From Savitreella phatthalungensis (taxonomy: Eukaryota), in NCBI GenBank assembly GCA_051599415.1, contig AP039701.1, positions 1 to 64,000 of the forward strand: a stretch of 64,000 nt of DNA, written 5' to 3'. The position numbers and the translations under genes were made by a program. The notes under the pieces are model-generated. The model saw only the letters and a program-made list of their open reading frames with translations. It had not been told where the DNA came from and made no database searches. Of the stretch, positions 8,379 to 18,149 are shown piece after piece (positions within the stretch are counted from its first letter, which is position 1; each line of letters begins with the position of its first letter).

Positions 8379-10025
8379 ATGGCGTTCAGCTTCAGCTGGA
8401 ACAACTTCAGTCGTGGCTTCGTCGAGAATGCCGAGGCGCTGCTTACCTCGGCGCTCAACAAGGGGCCAAAGCCTGCGATCATTTGCGACGTGATCGCGGT
8501 GGAGGAGTTGCGAATGGGCTCGACTGCGCCGGAGCTCGAGCTGGTCGAGCTCGGGGAGATCGGCGAGGAGGAGTTCAGGGGGACGTTCCGGCTAAAGTAT
8601 GCGGGAGACGCGCATCTTGTCATTAGAACAAAGGTTCAGGCGAATCCCTTGCTAGGGCGTACAACGCATGCCTTGCCCTTCTCGCCTGTACAGATGGTTG
8701 CCGCAGATGCGCCGCTCACTGTGCCAATGTTCCTGCGACTCTCAGATATGCAGCTCGACGGCAGCGTCATTCTACTCTTCACTGCCGGCGGTGGGCTCAG
8801 TATGGTGTTTCGCAACGACCCGCTAAGGCATGTCCTGGTGACGAGCACGTTTGACTCGATTGCCGCCATCCGCACGTTCTTGCAGAGCCAGATTGAGCGA
8901 AAACTGAGACAGTTGATTTGCGACGAGCTGCCGTCAATTGTTCAGCAGCTATCGACGACTTGGATGGGTGGCCGGCGAGGTTTGTCGCCCCGAGTGCGGG
9001 CAACGGAACTCGACTTCGCAATCCCGCCAATGACCATGGCTTCGCCGTACATGTCATCCTATCCGAGCTTCCACCACGCAAGCTACGCCGGTAGCAGTGG
9101 GAGCAGTGGCAGAACGACCGCACAGAATTCACAGTACAGCACACCCGGATCCTTGCCCCATCTATATCGTAATCAGTCGTTCACAGGTAGAGGAGGGCTC
9201 ACGCCGTTCACGCCCGCCATAGCACAGGCGATCTATAAGTCGACGCAGCTAAGCGCGCTTGACCTAGCTGAACGGCAATCGCAGCGATCTGTTTCCGCCT
9301 CATCAGCAGGCAGCACGGCATCCTGGGACAGATCGACCCTGACAGGGACCAGTGGCCGTCGAAGAAGGAAGAAGCATTCTGTCATCAGTCTACGGAAGGA
9401 AGTAGCCAAGGAAGAGGATGAAGATCAATCACAGAGTCGCAAGCACACGCCTCCGAAAAGAGTGGTGTCGAGCTACTTTGACAGCGACTCACCGATGAGT
9501 GAGGCAGGCGCGCCTGTGGAAGCACATGTAAACAGGGGCCAGGAAGACATACACAGCAGGGAACGCTGGCTAGAACGGACTGTGTCGCGAGAGCTGCAGG
9601 AGCAAGTTGAGAAGGATGAGGCCAGGACCACTACGCCATCGCGGCGCGCCCTGACGCCTGGGGGACTTCACGCGATTCTCGAGACAGGAACGTCACAAGC
9701 AGACCGCACGGCCACATCAGGGACGGTCGACAAGGAACTGCACTACTTTGATGGAGCGTTGCGCGGATCCCAGCGACGGGTTCCCCCACCAGCCTCTGCA
9801 AGGACGAACTTGAGAAGCCCGCGCTCGCCGGGGCTCGCATCAACAACGCCTGATCCTCCAGAACTCTTTTTACCCCGACGCTCGCCTGGGCAGTCGCCTC
9901 GTGCAAGCCCGCGGATCACGCCGCTCCAAACGATCCATGAGAACCGTAAGTCCGGGATCGAATCACCTCGGGCGCGTCCCAATGGACCGGTCTCTGCCCG
10001 GGACGTACGGGACTTTGCTCTGTAG
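8379..10025 (+). CDS. MDM34: ERMES subunit Mdm34 (SMP domain)
   Basis: MAFSFSW...LLTSALNKGPKP.II.D.I.V.EL.MG...PELE..ELGEI....FRG.F.L.Y.GDA; VFRNDPL..V.V.STFDSI. Confidence 0.93.
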   Translation: MAFSFSWNNFSRGFVENAEALLTSALNKGPKPAIICDVIAVEELRMGSTAPELELVELGEIGEEEFRGTFRLKYAGDAHLVIRTKVQANPLLGRTTHALPFSPVQMVAADAPLTVPMFLRLSDMQLDGSVILLFTAGGGLSMVFRNDPLRHVLVTSTFDSIAAIRTFLQSQIERKLRQLICDELPSIVQQLSTTWMGGRRGLSPRVRATELDFAIPPMTMASPYMSSYPSFHHASYAGSSGSSGRTTAQNSQYSTPGSLPHLYRNQSFTGRGGLTPFTPAIAQAIYKSTQLSALDLAERQSQRSVSASSAGSTASWDRSTLTGTSGRRRRKKHSVISLRKEVAKEEDEDQSQSRKHTPPKRVVSSYFDSDSPMSEAGAPVEAHVNRGQEDIHSRERWLERTVSRELQEQVEKDEARTTTPSRRALTPGGLHAILETGTSQADRTATSGTVDKELHYFDGALRGSQRRVPPPASARTNLRSPRSPGLASTTPDPPELFLPRRSPGQSPRASPRITPLQTIHENRKSGIESPRARPNGPVSARDVRDFAL

Positions 10026-10184
10026 CCCTACTGAAATGACGACATGACTGAACAGTTTGAGAATTAGTTTTACGGTAAGACGGTGAGACGGTGAGTGTTT
10101 CAGCATTTTCCGGGCTGTGTGCAGATGCCTGATGTGTGTTAGTAGAGACTCTCGGAAATCATGGTGAAACCATCTGGAAATGAC

Positions 10185-11273
10185 CTAGATGGTCTTTCTC
10201 TTCTTTAACTCACCTAAAGTGACGCCGAGGATGACGGCGATGATGATGACAACGACAATCCAGAAGCAGATCCATTTCTTCCTGCGGGCTGCCTTGGCGT
10301 GCTTGACGGCCTTGTCGAGCTCGACATTACCCTGTTTGATGTCTGCCTCGGTGTTCTGCGTCTGTTCCTGAATCTGTGCGACTTGAGGCTGCTGCGCCTC
10401 CATCATGAAGTTCATCTCGTTGAAAAGCTCGGCCAGCTCTGCAATGGTGCGCTCAATCTTCTTGATGTCCTGGTGGCGCTCCTGAACCTGTCGAAGCGCG
10501 CTACGAGCTTCGCCGTGACGATTGCTGCGCAGGGTCGCCTCGGCAAAGACCTGCTGCCCTTGGTCAGTGTCGACAATGCGCTCGATCTCATCAGCCGAAA
10601 GATTTGGGTTGGTGATCTCAACCTGGCGCTTCTGCTGCGTCCGGTACTTGTTCTTGTACTCGACCTCAACCTTCTGGAATTTCTTGACGGATTCGAGCAT
10701 GCGCTTCTTGACATTGTTGGTTTGCGTCACGCGCACTTTGTTGTCCTGTCCAGCGGGCATCGACGCATTCTGCGCCTCCAGCTTTTTGATTGTGTCGCGG
10801 ATGTTGTTTTGGAGGAGCTTTGCGTCCGTGGTCGCACGGTCGAGCTCGCGATGGTTGTACTGCGATTGCTCATCTCCAATTTCAGCCAGCGAGCGAGCAT
10901 GGAGCTGCTCGATGCGTGCAACCTGGTCGTCTAGCTGCCCGATAGCCCTGCGAATCTCGTCGATCCGTCCAAAAAAGGTGGCCTGATCCTCGACTGGTAC
11001 GGCTGCAGGCATCGACTGCAGCTCGTAACTGTTGCCGTTGATCGGTGCCGCGATGTTTGCATTGCCAGCATACGGGTTTGCGGCCGCTCCACCGTATCCT
11101 GCGTGCCCACCGGTGTTTTCCAAGACTTCTTCGCGCGGCATAGCAGGAGCTGGAGCGCTATTGGCGTACGGGTTTTGCGCGTATGCGCTGTTACTGTCAA
11201 AAAGGTCAGAAGATGATGCCCGAAGTACAAGGCGGAGCTCTTACCCAGCTTGTCTGAGTCTGTCGCGCGACAT
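10185..11273 (-). CDS. SSO1: Plasma-membrane t-SNARE syntaxin (Sso1/Psy1); exons 11273-11245 and 11193-10185
   Basis: Habc + Qa-SNARE (VQERHQDIKKIERTIAELAELF), ARRKKWICFWIVVVII TM; 51-nt GTAAG..CTGAC..CAG intron joins MSRDRLRQAG in frame. Confidence 0.92.
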
Positions 11274-11370
11274 GTCGTAGATTGATCAACAGTGCGTTCT
11301 TCTGTCTTATTCTGAAGAATTAGTGAGTGTGTGGTTTGCGCAACCCTCTTCCTCCACCGTGTAGACGCTT

Positions 11371-11433
11371 ACACGCCCACACACACAGACACACACACAT
11401 ACACGCCCAAACACACACGCACACACGCACACA
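11371..11433. repeat. Imperfect (CA)n microsatellite upstream of SSO1
   Basis: acacgcccacacacacagacacacacacatacac... Confidence 0.8.
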
Positions 11434-11565
11434 AACTCGGCCCCGGATCGATACAAGGCCGGCGGATGGACCGATCGATCAGCAGATGCTACTGATGATG
11501 GGATGATTTAATCAAGGGGCAAGAGCTATGAGGTAAAATTCGACCGGATATGGATTTACTCTCTG

Positions 11566-12531
11566 TCATTGATCGATTTGCACAATATCGTAGTTGATGA
11601 CTGGAAAGTGCATGGCGATCCCTGATTTATTGCGAATGCACAGCTGACGTTTCCCGAGAGTGATGAGCTCGCCATCCTGGGGTTCTTTGCCGTTGTCCTT
11701 AGGCGTCACACTTACCCTTGCTCCAGGCGATAATCCGAGGTAATTGTCCTGGTCATGCTCCACGAACTTGACGTATTCCCGACTCCTAGGGGACAGCAGG
11801 GTTTTCTTCGCATCCTCCCAAGTGTAGTTCTGAACAACAGATTCGTCCATCAGGTCGTGGATACGCTTGCACCATTGAGAAATTACCGGGTATTTCTCTG
11901 GCGTCAAGTCGAGTCGTGAATTGCCCATGTCCACGAGAATCCAGTCGATGAGGTACCAGACGTAAAAGTCAGCCGTCGAAGGCAAATCCCCGCCAAGAAA
12001 GTACTGCTTCCCAGCGAGCATGTCCTTCTCTATCCGATGTAGCCACGAATCGAACTGTTGCAATGAATCGGGTCGCCCCTTTGCGATCGTATCAGGGTCG
12101 AACGCTTCCTTTGCACCTCCATGGATCAGTTGGCGATCCCGGACGAAATGAGAATCATTCATATTTGGATGGGATCTCGGGATGAGTTTGCCGCAGTATG
12201 GGAACATCTGCGCGCCGAGCGCATCAAAAGCGATATGATTTGTGCAGTCGCCCGCATAGAGCTTTAGGTGTCCTGCGATATCGAGAAGCTTCTCGATAAT
12301 GAGACTTGTGTCTACATAGAGATCGGCGTCGATGGAAAGCAAAGGCGATCGCCTGTATGTTATGTCGACTGCCGCATAGTCTGGACGCGGCTGAATCGGG
12401 GGCACTTTCACATACTTGTGGGGAATCCGGAACAATTTGAGAAACCGAATCACCTTTTGACAGTTCGGCGCAAAGTCATAGGCGTAGAGCACGATTTCCG
12501 GGCGATGGCCGGTCGAGTCTGTGAGTGACAT
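11566..12531 (-). CDS. Glutathione S-transferase-like protein (fungal GST_N_3 type)
   Basis: IVLYAYDFAPNCQKV; PPIQPRPD; ITYRRSPLLSIDADLYVDTSLIIEKL; YFLGGDLPSTADF; C-terminal VSVTPKDNGK..HFP. Confidence 0.85.
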   Translation of the reverse strand: MSLTDSTGHRPEIVLYAYDFAPNCQKVIRFLKLFRIPHKYVKVPPIQPRPDYAAVDITYRRSPLLSIDADLYVDTSLIIEKLLDIAGHLKLYAGDCTNHIAFDALGAQMFPYCGKLIPRSHPNMNDSHFVRDRQLIHGGAKEAFDPDTIAKGRPDSLQQFDSWLHRIEKDMLAGKQYFLGGDLPSTADFYVWYLIDWILVDMGNSRLDLTPEKYPVISQWCKRIHDLMDESVVQNYTWEDAKKTLLSPRSREYVKFVEHDQDNYLGLSPGARVSVTPKDNGKEPQDGELITLGKRQLCIRNKSGIAMHFPVINYDIVQIDQ

Positions 12532-12647
12532 GCTTGAAAAGTGGGCGTAAGGTCTGATGTAATCCGTGCGGTTATTCCGCGTGTTTATTATAATGCAATG
12601 GCACGATCACATGCACGCGACCAAGTGTTCGGACAAGCGAAGCAACC

Positions 12648-12913
12648 ATGGTAAGCAGCAGTCAGCCTGAAAGAGTCGCGCTGACCATATCGAGCTCGGA
12701 AGACTTTTTCACTGGTCGTTTGATGCAGTCCTGATCTCCGCTGTGCTTGCAGGCATTAAGCGATCTACAGGTCTCACACCCAAGACGAACGCGATCGAGA
12801 ATAAGGACGTGCGCTCTGCTGTGGACAAGTATCTTGGGCTCGGAGAATGGTTCATGGACATGTCTATTGGCTACGTTGGCAGCTCGGCCTACTTCGAGCG
12901 ACGCAGACAATAG
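12648..12913 (+). CDS. Small DUF1748-family fungal protein (73 aa); exon 1 = ATG only, intron 12651-12694
   Basis: ATG|GTAAGC...GCTGAC..GAG|CTC; spliced product MLGRLFHWSFDAVLISAVLAGIKRSTGLTPK...DKYLGLGEWFMDMSIGYVGSSAYFERRRQ; absent from the ORF track. Confidence 0.8.
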
Positions 12914-12938
12914 AGTCACATCAATTTTGCTTCTGTAC

Positions 12939-13583
12939 TTAAACTTGTCCTTGACACACGGATCGAAGGACTCGGCGCATCGTGATACTGATACGGTGTT
13001 GACGTTCTAGATTGACGCTTTCCCCACTCATCACGCGGCGTGCTAGAGGCGCGGGTAAGGCTTGCCAGTTGAGCACCTGCTTAGTGATTGTGTCGCTTGT
13101 TCTGAAGCTGATACCGTGCTGCACGTGGTACCTTGCATGTCCGCGCATCAGTAGCAGACTGCGAGGCGGCAGGTACAGCTGGACATTCGTGTCTGTATCC
13201 GCGATGATGTCCATGACGCAGCCTGACAGAAGAGACAGGATGGAGACACCATCTCGAAAACGATCGAGCAGGTCTACATGTGGTCGGATGCCGTCTCCAG
13301 GCGCATAGGATTGTATGATTGCAGCGTCACAGTCAGCAGAACTCTGTTCATCTTGCCAGACGGCTATACGCCAGCTCTCAGGGACAACGTCGTCGTTCAC
13401 ATAACTGATACATTCGGGTAGAGGTCGGAAGAAGTGTGCTTGCTTGCCGGAACCCGTAGTCTGCGCAGACGAGAGCTTCGCCTCGCCGAGTAGTTCAAGA
13501 GGCAACAGTTTGACTATGTGAGCGGCATATTCTGTGGATACAGCTTCGTTCACGATCGTGAGACCTGAGATCCCGAGCTCCAT
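12939..13583 (-). CDS. AlkB-family Fe(II)/2-oxoglutarate dioxygenase
   Basis: IIQSYAPGDGIRPHVD (HxD), LYLPPRSLLLMRGHARY..QHGI (distal H), RISITMRR (RxxxxxR); first in-frame ATG at 13583. Confidence 0.88.
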   Translation of the reverse strand: MELGISGLTIVNEAVSTEYAAHIVKLLPLELLGEAKLSSAQTTGSGKQAHFFRPLPECISYVNDDVVPESWRIAVWQDEQSSADCDAAIIQSYAPGDGIRPHVDLLDRFRDGVSILSLLSGCVMDIIADTDTNVQLYLPPRSLLLMRGHARYHVQHGISFRTSDTITKQVLNWQALPAPLARRVMSGESVNLERQHRISITMRRVLRSVCQGQV

Positions 13584-13658
13584 GCCATGCTCGTTCTTGA
13601 ATGTGCAACAGTCAAACGAAATAAAACGCACTTTAGGAAACCCGCTGAACGTGACCTG

Positions 13659-14192
13659 ATGGCTGACGACGGCTTTTCCTCATCCGAGCTGCAGCGTGTC
13701 GAGCTGCCTGACGGATTGCAGTATTCATGGTCGCAGAGCCTTCGAGAGATTGATCTCAGCTTGACTCTTCCTACCGGAGTGCGAGCTAAGCAGCTCGACG
13801 TCATGATCGCGTCGAAACGACTTCGCATCGGTTTGAGAGGGCAAAGTCCATGGATTGAGGGGGAGCTGCACAAAGAGATTCTGCCGGATGAATCAACGTG
13901 GACAGTCGACAGCTCCGAATATACGATGCAGCTTGAGAAGGCCGCGCATGGGAGCTGGTGGCCTTGTGTCGTCAAAGGCCACACCGAGATCGATGTAACC
14001 AAAATCAGGCCAGAAAATTCACGTCTGGAGGATCTCGACGGAGAGACGCGTGCTATGGTGGAGAAGATGATGTTTGACCAGCGACAGAAGGAGATGGGCA
14101 AGCCTTCGAGTGACGAGCTGAAGCAGCAAGAGCTTTTGCGCAAATTCCAGCAACAGCACCCAGAACTCGACTTCAGCAATGCCATGAGATAG
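13659..14192 (+). CDS. nudC: Nuclear movement protein NudC (CS/p23 domain + NudC C-terminus)
   Basis: YSWSQSLREID; DESTW; PENSRLEDLDGETRAMVEKMMFDQRQKEMGKPSSDE..KFQQQHPELDFS. Confidence 0.93.
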   Translation: MADDGFSSSELQRVELPDGLQYSWSQSLREIDLSLTLPTGVRAKQLDVMIASKRLRIGLRGQSPWIEGELHKEILPDESTWTVDSSEYTMQLEKAAHGSWWPCVVKGHTEIDVTKIRPENSRLEDLDGETRAMVEKMMFDQRQKEMGKPSSDELKQQELLRKFQQQHPELDFSNAMR

Positions 14193-14223
14193 GTCACTCT
14201 ACAACAACTAAATTACAACTGTA

Positions 14224-16836
14224 TCAGCGCCTCCAAGCCGTCAGGGTCGCCTCTGCGAGATGACCGAAGGAATCGCTTTCATTGAGCTCATCCAGGGACC
14301 GATAAATAGACATGCCGCTGTCAAAATCGACGGATAGGTGGCGACTGTGGAGTTTACTTTTCCAGTGACGTAGTGCGAAGCGCAGATATAGGACATCTCG
14401 CCTCTTCTTCCTGGACGCGTACAATAGGCGAGCATCCTCCTGCCTCGCGGCGATGCGTCTGTAACATCGACTCCATGCTCGAAAAGAACCCCTCGCGGTC
14501 TTCGAGCTCAGCTCGACCCAGTATTGCCGTGCTGAATGCCATCGTTGTTCTTCTCCCTCCAATCGCATTCGCCATCGTCGCAGGAGCGGTTTCGTTGTGT
14601 TCACGAAGCTCCATTGATCTGCGAGAGTCAATGTCCCCTGTGACTTCGCATGAAGAGATCGCCATGCGTCCAAGCAATATTTGGCGAAGGCATGATCGCG
14701 TTCCGCCGCGAGACGATCTGCCCGTACTTCGTAGGTCTTTTGATCCCTCAGTCGGTTTTGCCATGTCTGCAGCGCTGTCTGTGCAATCCGGACATCGCCA
14801 CGGCTTAAGAGTTCCGCGCAGATGGACTCCCGTTGTGCTGCTTGCCGATTTCGCAGACTCGCCCGGAGCGTGGTGAGCAATCGACTCTGCAGCTGATGCC
14901 GTCGCCAGCGGTCCGCTCGATCGATCCCAGTCGCTGATCGATCGAGACCATGACAAGCTTTAGTAAAGAAAACGCGCGTGAGGCCACCTGCATCGTGAGC
15001 CGCCGCGCGCTGGTAGGCATTCTCCCACCAGTCGAATCTGGCTCGCCAGTGGCTCAGCGAGCTGCTCAATAGGTTCCGCTGTACAAGCAACGAGACCCTC
15101 GTCTCAGCTTGCATAATCGAATCATGCTGCGCACTGAATGCTTGCTGCCAGCATGCAAAGGCGTCCGTTAGCAAGGCGTCGTCAAAGACCGAACGCAGGA
15201 GGCGTGACTTGGCTCGCCGCCGCATCGTCCCCCAAAATGGTCTCAGTAATCTCAAATCCAAGGTGCGCTCCCCGCACTTCAAGGACGAGGTTTTTCGCCA
15301 CTGCTCGAGCACTTTCGCCTTGGTGAACAACGATGCCTGCTCATGACGCCGCTCTGAGGTTACGACACGCTCGAGCAATCGGCCGGAGACCCGCTCGATG
15401 AGTCGCAAGTCTCTCTTTGACACGAAATCCGCAGCCACGAATCGTAGCGATAGAGCGCGTCGCCACTTTTGAAAACACAGCTCAAGCCGAGAAATGCTCC
15501 AGCCGTCAGACAAAGCGTTTCCACGGACCCTATGTTGCTCCAAACTCTTCATCAGGGCACGCATTGCACCGGACAAGAGAAAGATTAGACGTGTTTCTGC
15601 TGCCGTTTTGGAGAGAGATTGAGCCCGGAAATCGTTCTGCCGCCATCTACTAAGAGCTTCCAGTGCGATGTCATGATTTTGCTTGCGCGTGATACGCGCG
15701 CTGTACATCGTCAGTCGCCATCTGTGAAGTGTGAGGGTCACTAAATGCAGCTCGGCGAAGGTGTCTGCACGTTGCGCTTCTTGCACTACACGGTCGAGCG
15801 ATGCCTTCCAGGCCCGCAAACAATTTTGCATCGTTCTGCGGCCTTTGCGATGTATCAAGCCCTCACATAGGTTCTGCCGGGACTTCTCTTGTGCCTGCAA
15901 GTCTCTGCGCAGTCTGCGTCTGCATAGATGGCGATACCAGACGTGCAAAACGGGTCGCATTGTAAGCAGACCAGCCCTGAGTTCCTGATATGTATTCCAC
16001 GCTTGCTGCGTGGCACACTGGCCTCGCCAGATTTGGAGCGCCTGCGTAAGGAGGAGGGCATGATCCTTAGTCTTTGCTGCCTTCCAGAGAACATCTCGTC
16101 GGCTCCCAAGCCTCGCCGCCTGTGTCCGCCACAGGTCCACCACCAGCTCTCGATCGCGCGCGTCCTGTCGTCTACGAAATAGCTTCAGACCTTTCACCAA
16201 TGCATTAGTCTTCTCAACTGTGAGCGGCAGCACGTATCGCAATTCTTCTCGCGCGTCTTGTTGCCTTCGGGCCTTGTTGTGCCAAGTTCTGATGCATCGA
16301 TGCTGCAGGCGCGTTCGCTGACGCTTATCGTGGAGCTTGAAACGAGCCACCAGAAGCCGTTGTCTTTCGAGGCTCAAGCCCGACGTGTCGGCTTCACCGT
16401 ACGTAAGAATCCGATTCGACTTGGCCTTTCGAAACGGGTCCTTCGATGGTGGATCATGATCCGTTTGCTGAGCCTGTAGCTGTGGCATATCATCGAGCCT
16501 TTGTAAAAGCACAGACCGCGGTAGAGTCTCCTGCGGCGCGTCTGACGCATACCGTCGATGTCTAGAGACAGGCGACCTTCGACGGGCCACCTCCTTTCGC
16601 GCAAGCTTGTATTTGTCAAGCCAAGAATTAGCATCTACATGCTTCAATCGAAGTATAGCAGGCCATATCAGTTTGTCCTCGGCCGCTGTGAGATCACGGC
16701 CAGACAAACACCTCTCGTATGGTGGTTTGATCTGCTGCCAAGTTGCCGGCTGCTCAGCCTCCGCAGGCGACAGCCGCTCGATTACATCGCGAAGTACGTC
16801 AATCTCCTGTCGCGTGAGGCGCATGCCGTTTCTCAT
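14224..16836 (-). CDS. SFI1: Spindle-pole-body half-bridge protein Sfi1 (centrin-binding Trp repeats)
   Basis: 870-aa Arg/Trp-rich helical protein with recurrent A-x7-LL-x3-(F/L)-x2-W(K/R)-like repeats. Confidence 0.75.
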   Translation of the reverse strand: MRNGMRLTRQEIDVLRDVIERLSPAEAEQPATWQQIKPPYERCLSGRDLTAAEDKLIWPAILRLKHVDANSWLDKYKLARKEVARRRSPVSRHRRYASDAPQETLPRSVLLQRLDDMPQLQAQQTDHDPPSKDPFRKAKSNRILTYGEADTSGLSLERQRLLVARFKLHDKRQRTRLQHRCIRTWHNKARRQQDAREELRYVLPLTVEKTNALVKGLKLFRRRQDARDRELVVDLWRTQAARLGSRRDVLWKAAKTKDHALLLTQALQIWRGQCATQQAWNTYQELRAGLLTMRPVLHVWYRHLCRRRLRRDLQAQEKSRQNLCEGLIHRKGRRTMQNCLRAWKASLDRVVQEAQRADTFAELHLVTLTLHRWRLTMYSARITRKQNHDIALEALSRWRQNDFRAQSLSKTAAETRLIFLLSGAMRALMKSLEQHRVRGNALSDGWSISRLELCFQKWRRALSLRFVAADFVSKRDLRLIERVSGRLLERVVTSERRHEQASLFTKAKVLEQWRKTSSLKCGERTLDLRLLRPFWGTMRRRAKSRLLRSVFDDALLTDAFACWQQAFSAQHDSIMQAETRVSLLVQRNLLSSSLSHWRARFDWWENAYQRAAAHDAGGLTRVFFTKACHGLDRSATGIDRADRWRRHQLQSRLLTTLRASLRNRQAAQRESICAELLSRGDVRIAQTALQTWQNRLRDQKTYEVRADRLAAERDHAFAKYCLDAWRSLHAKSQGTLTLADQWSFVNTTKPLLRRWRMRLEGEEQRWHSARQYWVELSSKTARGSFRAWSRCYRRIAARQEDARLLYASRKKRRDVLYLRFALRHWKSKLHSRHLSVDFDSGMSIYRSLDELNESDSFGHLAEATLTAWRR

Positions 16837-17092
16837 TCAAGAAGGCGACGCCATGGCGCGGCTTCGAACCTTTCGCCAGCGCGTTCTCTGCAGCAGATGA
16901 ACGCGTTCTTGTGAAGCACGTGATGAATTTGGAGCACTACCGGAATATCGAAATTGTTTGTTAGGTCAGAATTCCGCTTGTGGGGCCATCAGTCAGCATG
17001 ACCAAGACCCATTCGTGGAAGGCTCTCGATCAATGCCTGGATTATCAGTGCGCCTTGTTATCATCACCGTGCTCGCAGTCTGTCTCTCAGAG

Positions 17093-17100
17093 TATATAAA
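17093..17100 (+). promoter_or_regulatory. TATA box upstream of pirin
   Basis: TATATAAA ~32 nt before ATG 17132. Confidence 0.55.
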
Positions 17101-17131
17101 GGCAGTTTTCGTCACTCTCCCAACCACAGAC

Positions 17132-18019
17132 ATGGCTTTTGCAGGATCGGCACGAACGGTATCTCGCGTTGTCAGAGCGATCGAGCAAAGCGAAGGCGCA
17201 GGGGCGCGCGTTCGCCGATCCATCGGCACTCAGCAGCTCCGGAACTTCTCGCCTTTCCTCATGCTAGACCACTTCCGAGTTCCGAAAGGAGCCGGCTTTC
17301 CTGACCATCCACATCGCGGTCAAGAGACGGTGACGTACATGCTCGAGGGCAGCTTCCAGCATGAGGACTTTGCAGGCCACGCAGGAGAGATTGCAGCAGG
17401 CGATCTGCAGTGGATGACTGCTGGTCGCGGAATCATGCACGCCGAGATGCCTCTTCAAGATTCCGAGATCATTCCCACAGGCCTTCAACTTTGGGTAGAC
17501 TTGCCGAGTGCAGAGAAAATGTGCGAACCTCGCTATCAAGAACTCAAGGATACGAGCATTCCTCGAGTGAATCCAAACGACCTTGTAGAAGTCAAGGTTA
17601 TCTCGGGTGAGAGCTACGGTACGTCCTCTCCAGTGCAAACCAAGGCTGGCGTGTGGTATCTCGACATTCGGGTCAAGGCCGGAGGAAAGCTACGGCAGCC
17701 GATTCCCGAAGGCTGGAATGCTTTCTTGTACACCCTCGACGGAGATATCGATGTAGCTGGCAAGAAAGTCGGCGCTTTCAACACGGTGGTCTTGACACAG
17801 GAAGGTGGCGGTCTAGAGGTCGAGAATCCGGCGAGCGGCGACGCGCGCTTCGTTCTCATCGCAGGCGAGCCGCTGGATCAGGAAGTAGTGCAGTATGGTC
17901 CCTTCGTCATGGACACGCCGGAAGGGATTCGTCAGGCCTTCACGGACTACCAAACGAAGAGCAATGGGTTTGAACGTGCAGCAAGTTGGGGCTCTAAAAT
18001 TGGTGCGCACATGATGTAG
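17132..18019 (+). CDS. Pirin (bicupin)
   Basis: EGAGARVRRSIG, SPFLMLDHF, GFPDHPHRGQETVTY, LQWMTAGRGIMHAEMP, VVQYGPFVM. Confidence 0.95.
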   Translation: MAFAGSARTVSRVVRAIEQSEGAGARVRRSIGTQQLRNFSPFLMLDHFRVPKGAGFPDHPHRGQETVTYMLEGSFQHEDFAGHAGEIAAGDLQWMTAGRGIMHAEMPLQDSEIIPTGLQLWVDLPSAEKMCEPRYQELKDTSIPRVNPNDLVEVKVISGESYGTSSPVQTKAGVWYLDIRVKAGGKLRQPIPEGWNAFLYTLDGDIDVAGKKVGAFNTVVLTQEGGGLEVENPASGDARFVLIAGEPLDQEVVQYGPFVMDTPEGIRQAFTDYQTKSNGFERAASWGSKIGAHMM

Positions 18020-18149
18020 CCTTGGCTGACGTCGATTTTCCGATTGATCAATTCAATTGATTGATCGATCGATCATTCTGTGATAGCTTAGGTAGTTCTA
18101 CGAAGTACATATCACTTGAGGACGTGGCCGTGCACCTCTGCAGTCGGGA

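Noticed and set aside
16958..17131. Hydrophobic N-terminal extension on pirin
   Set aside because: The ORF start is non-ATG and a TATA box sits just upstream of ATG 17132, where pirin homology begins
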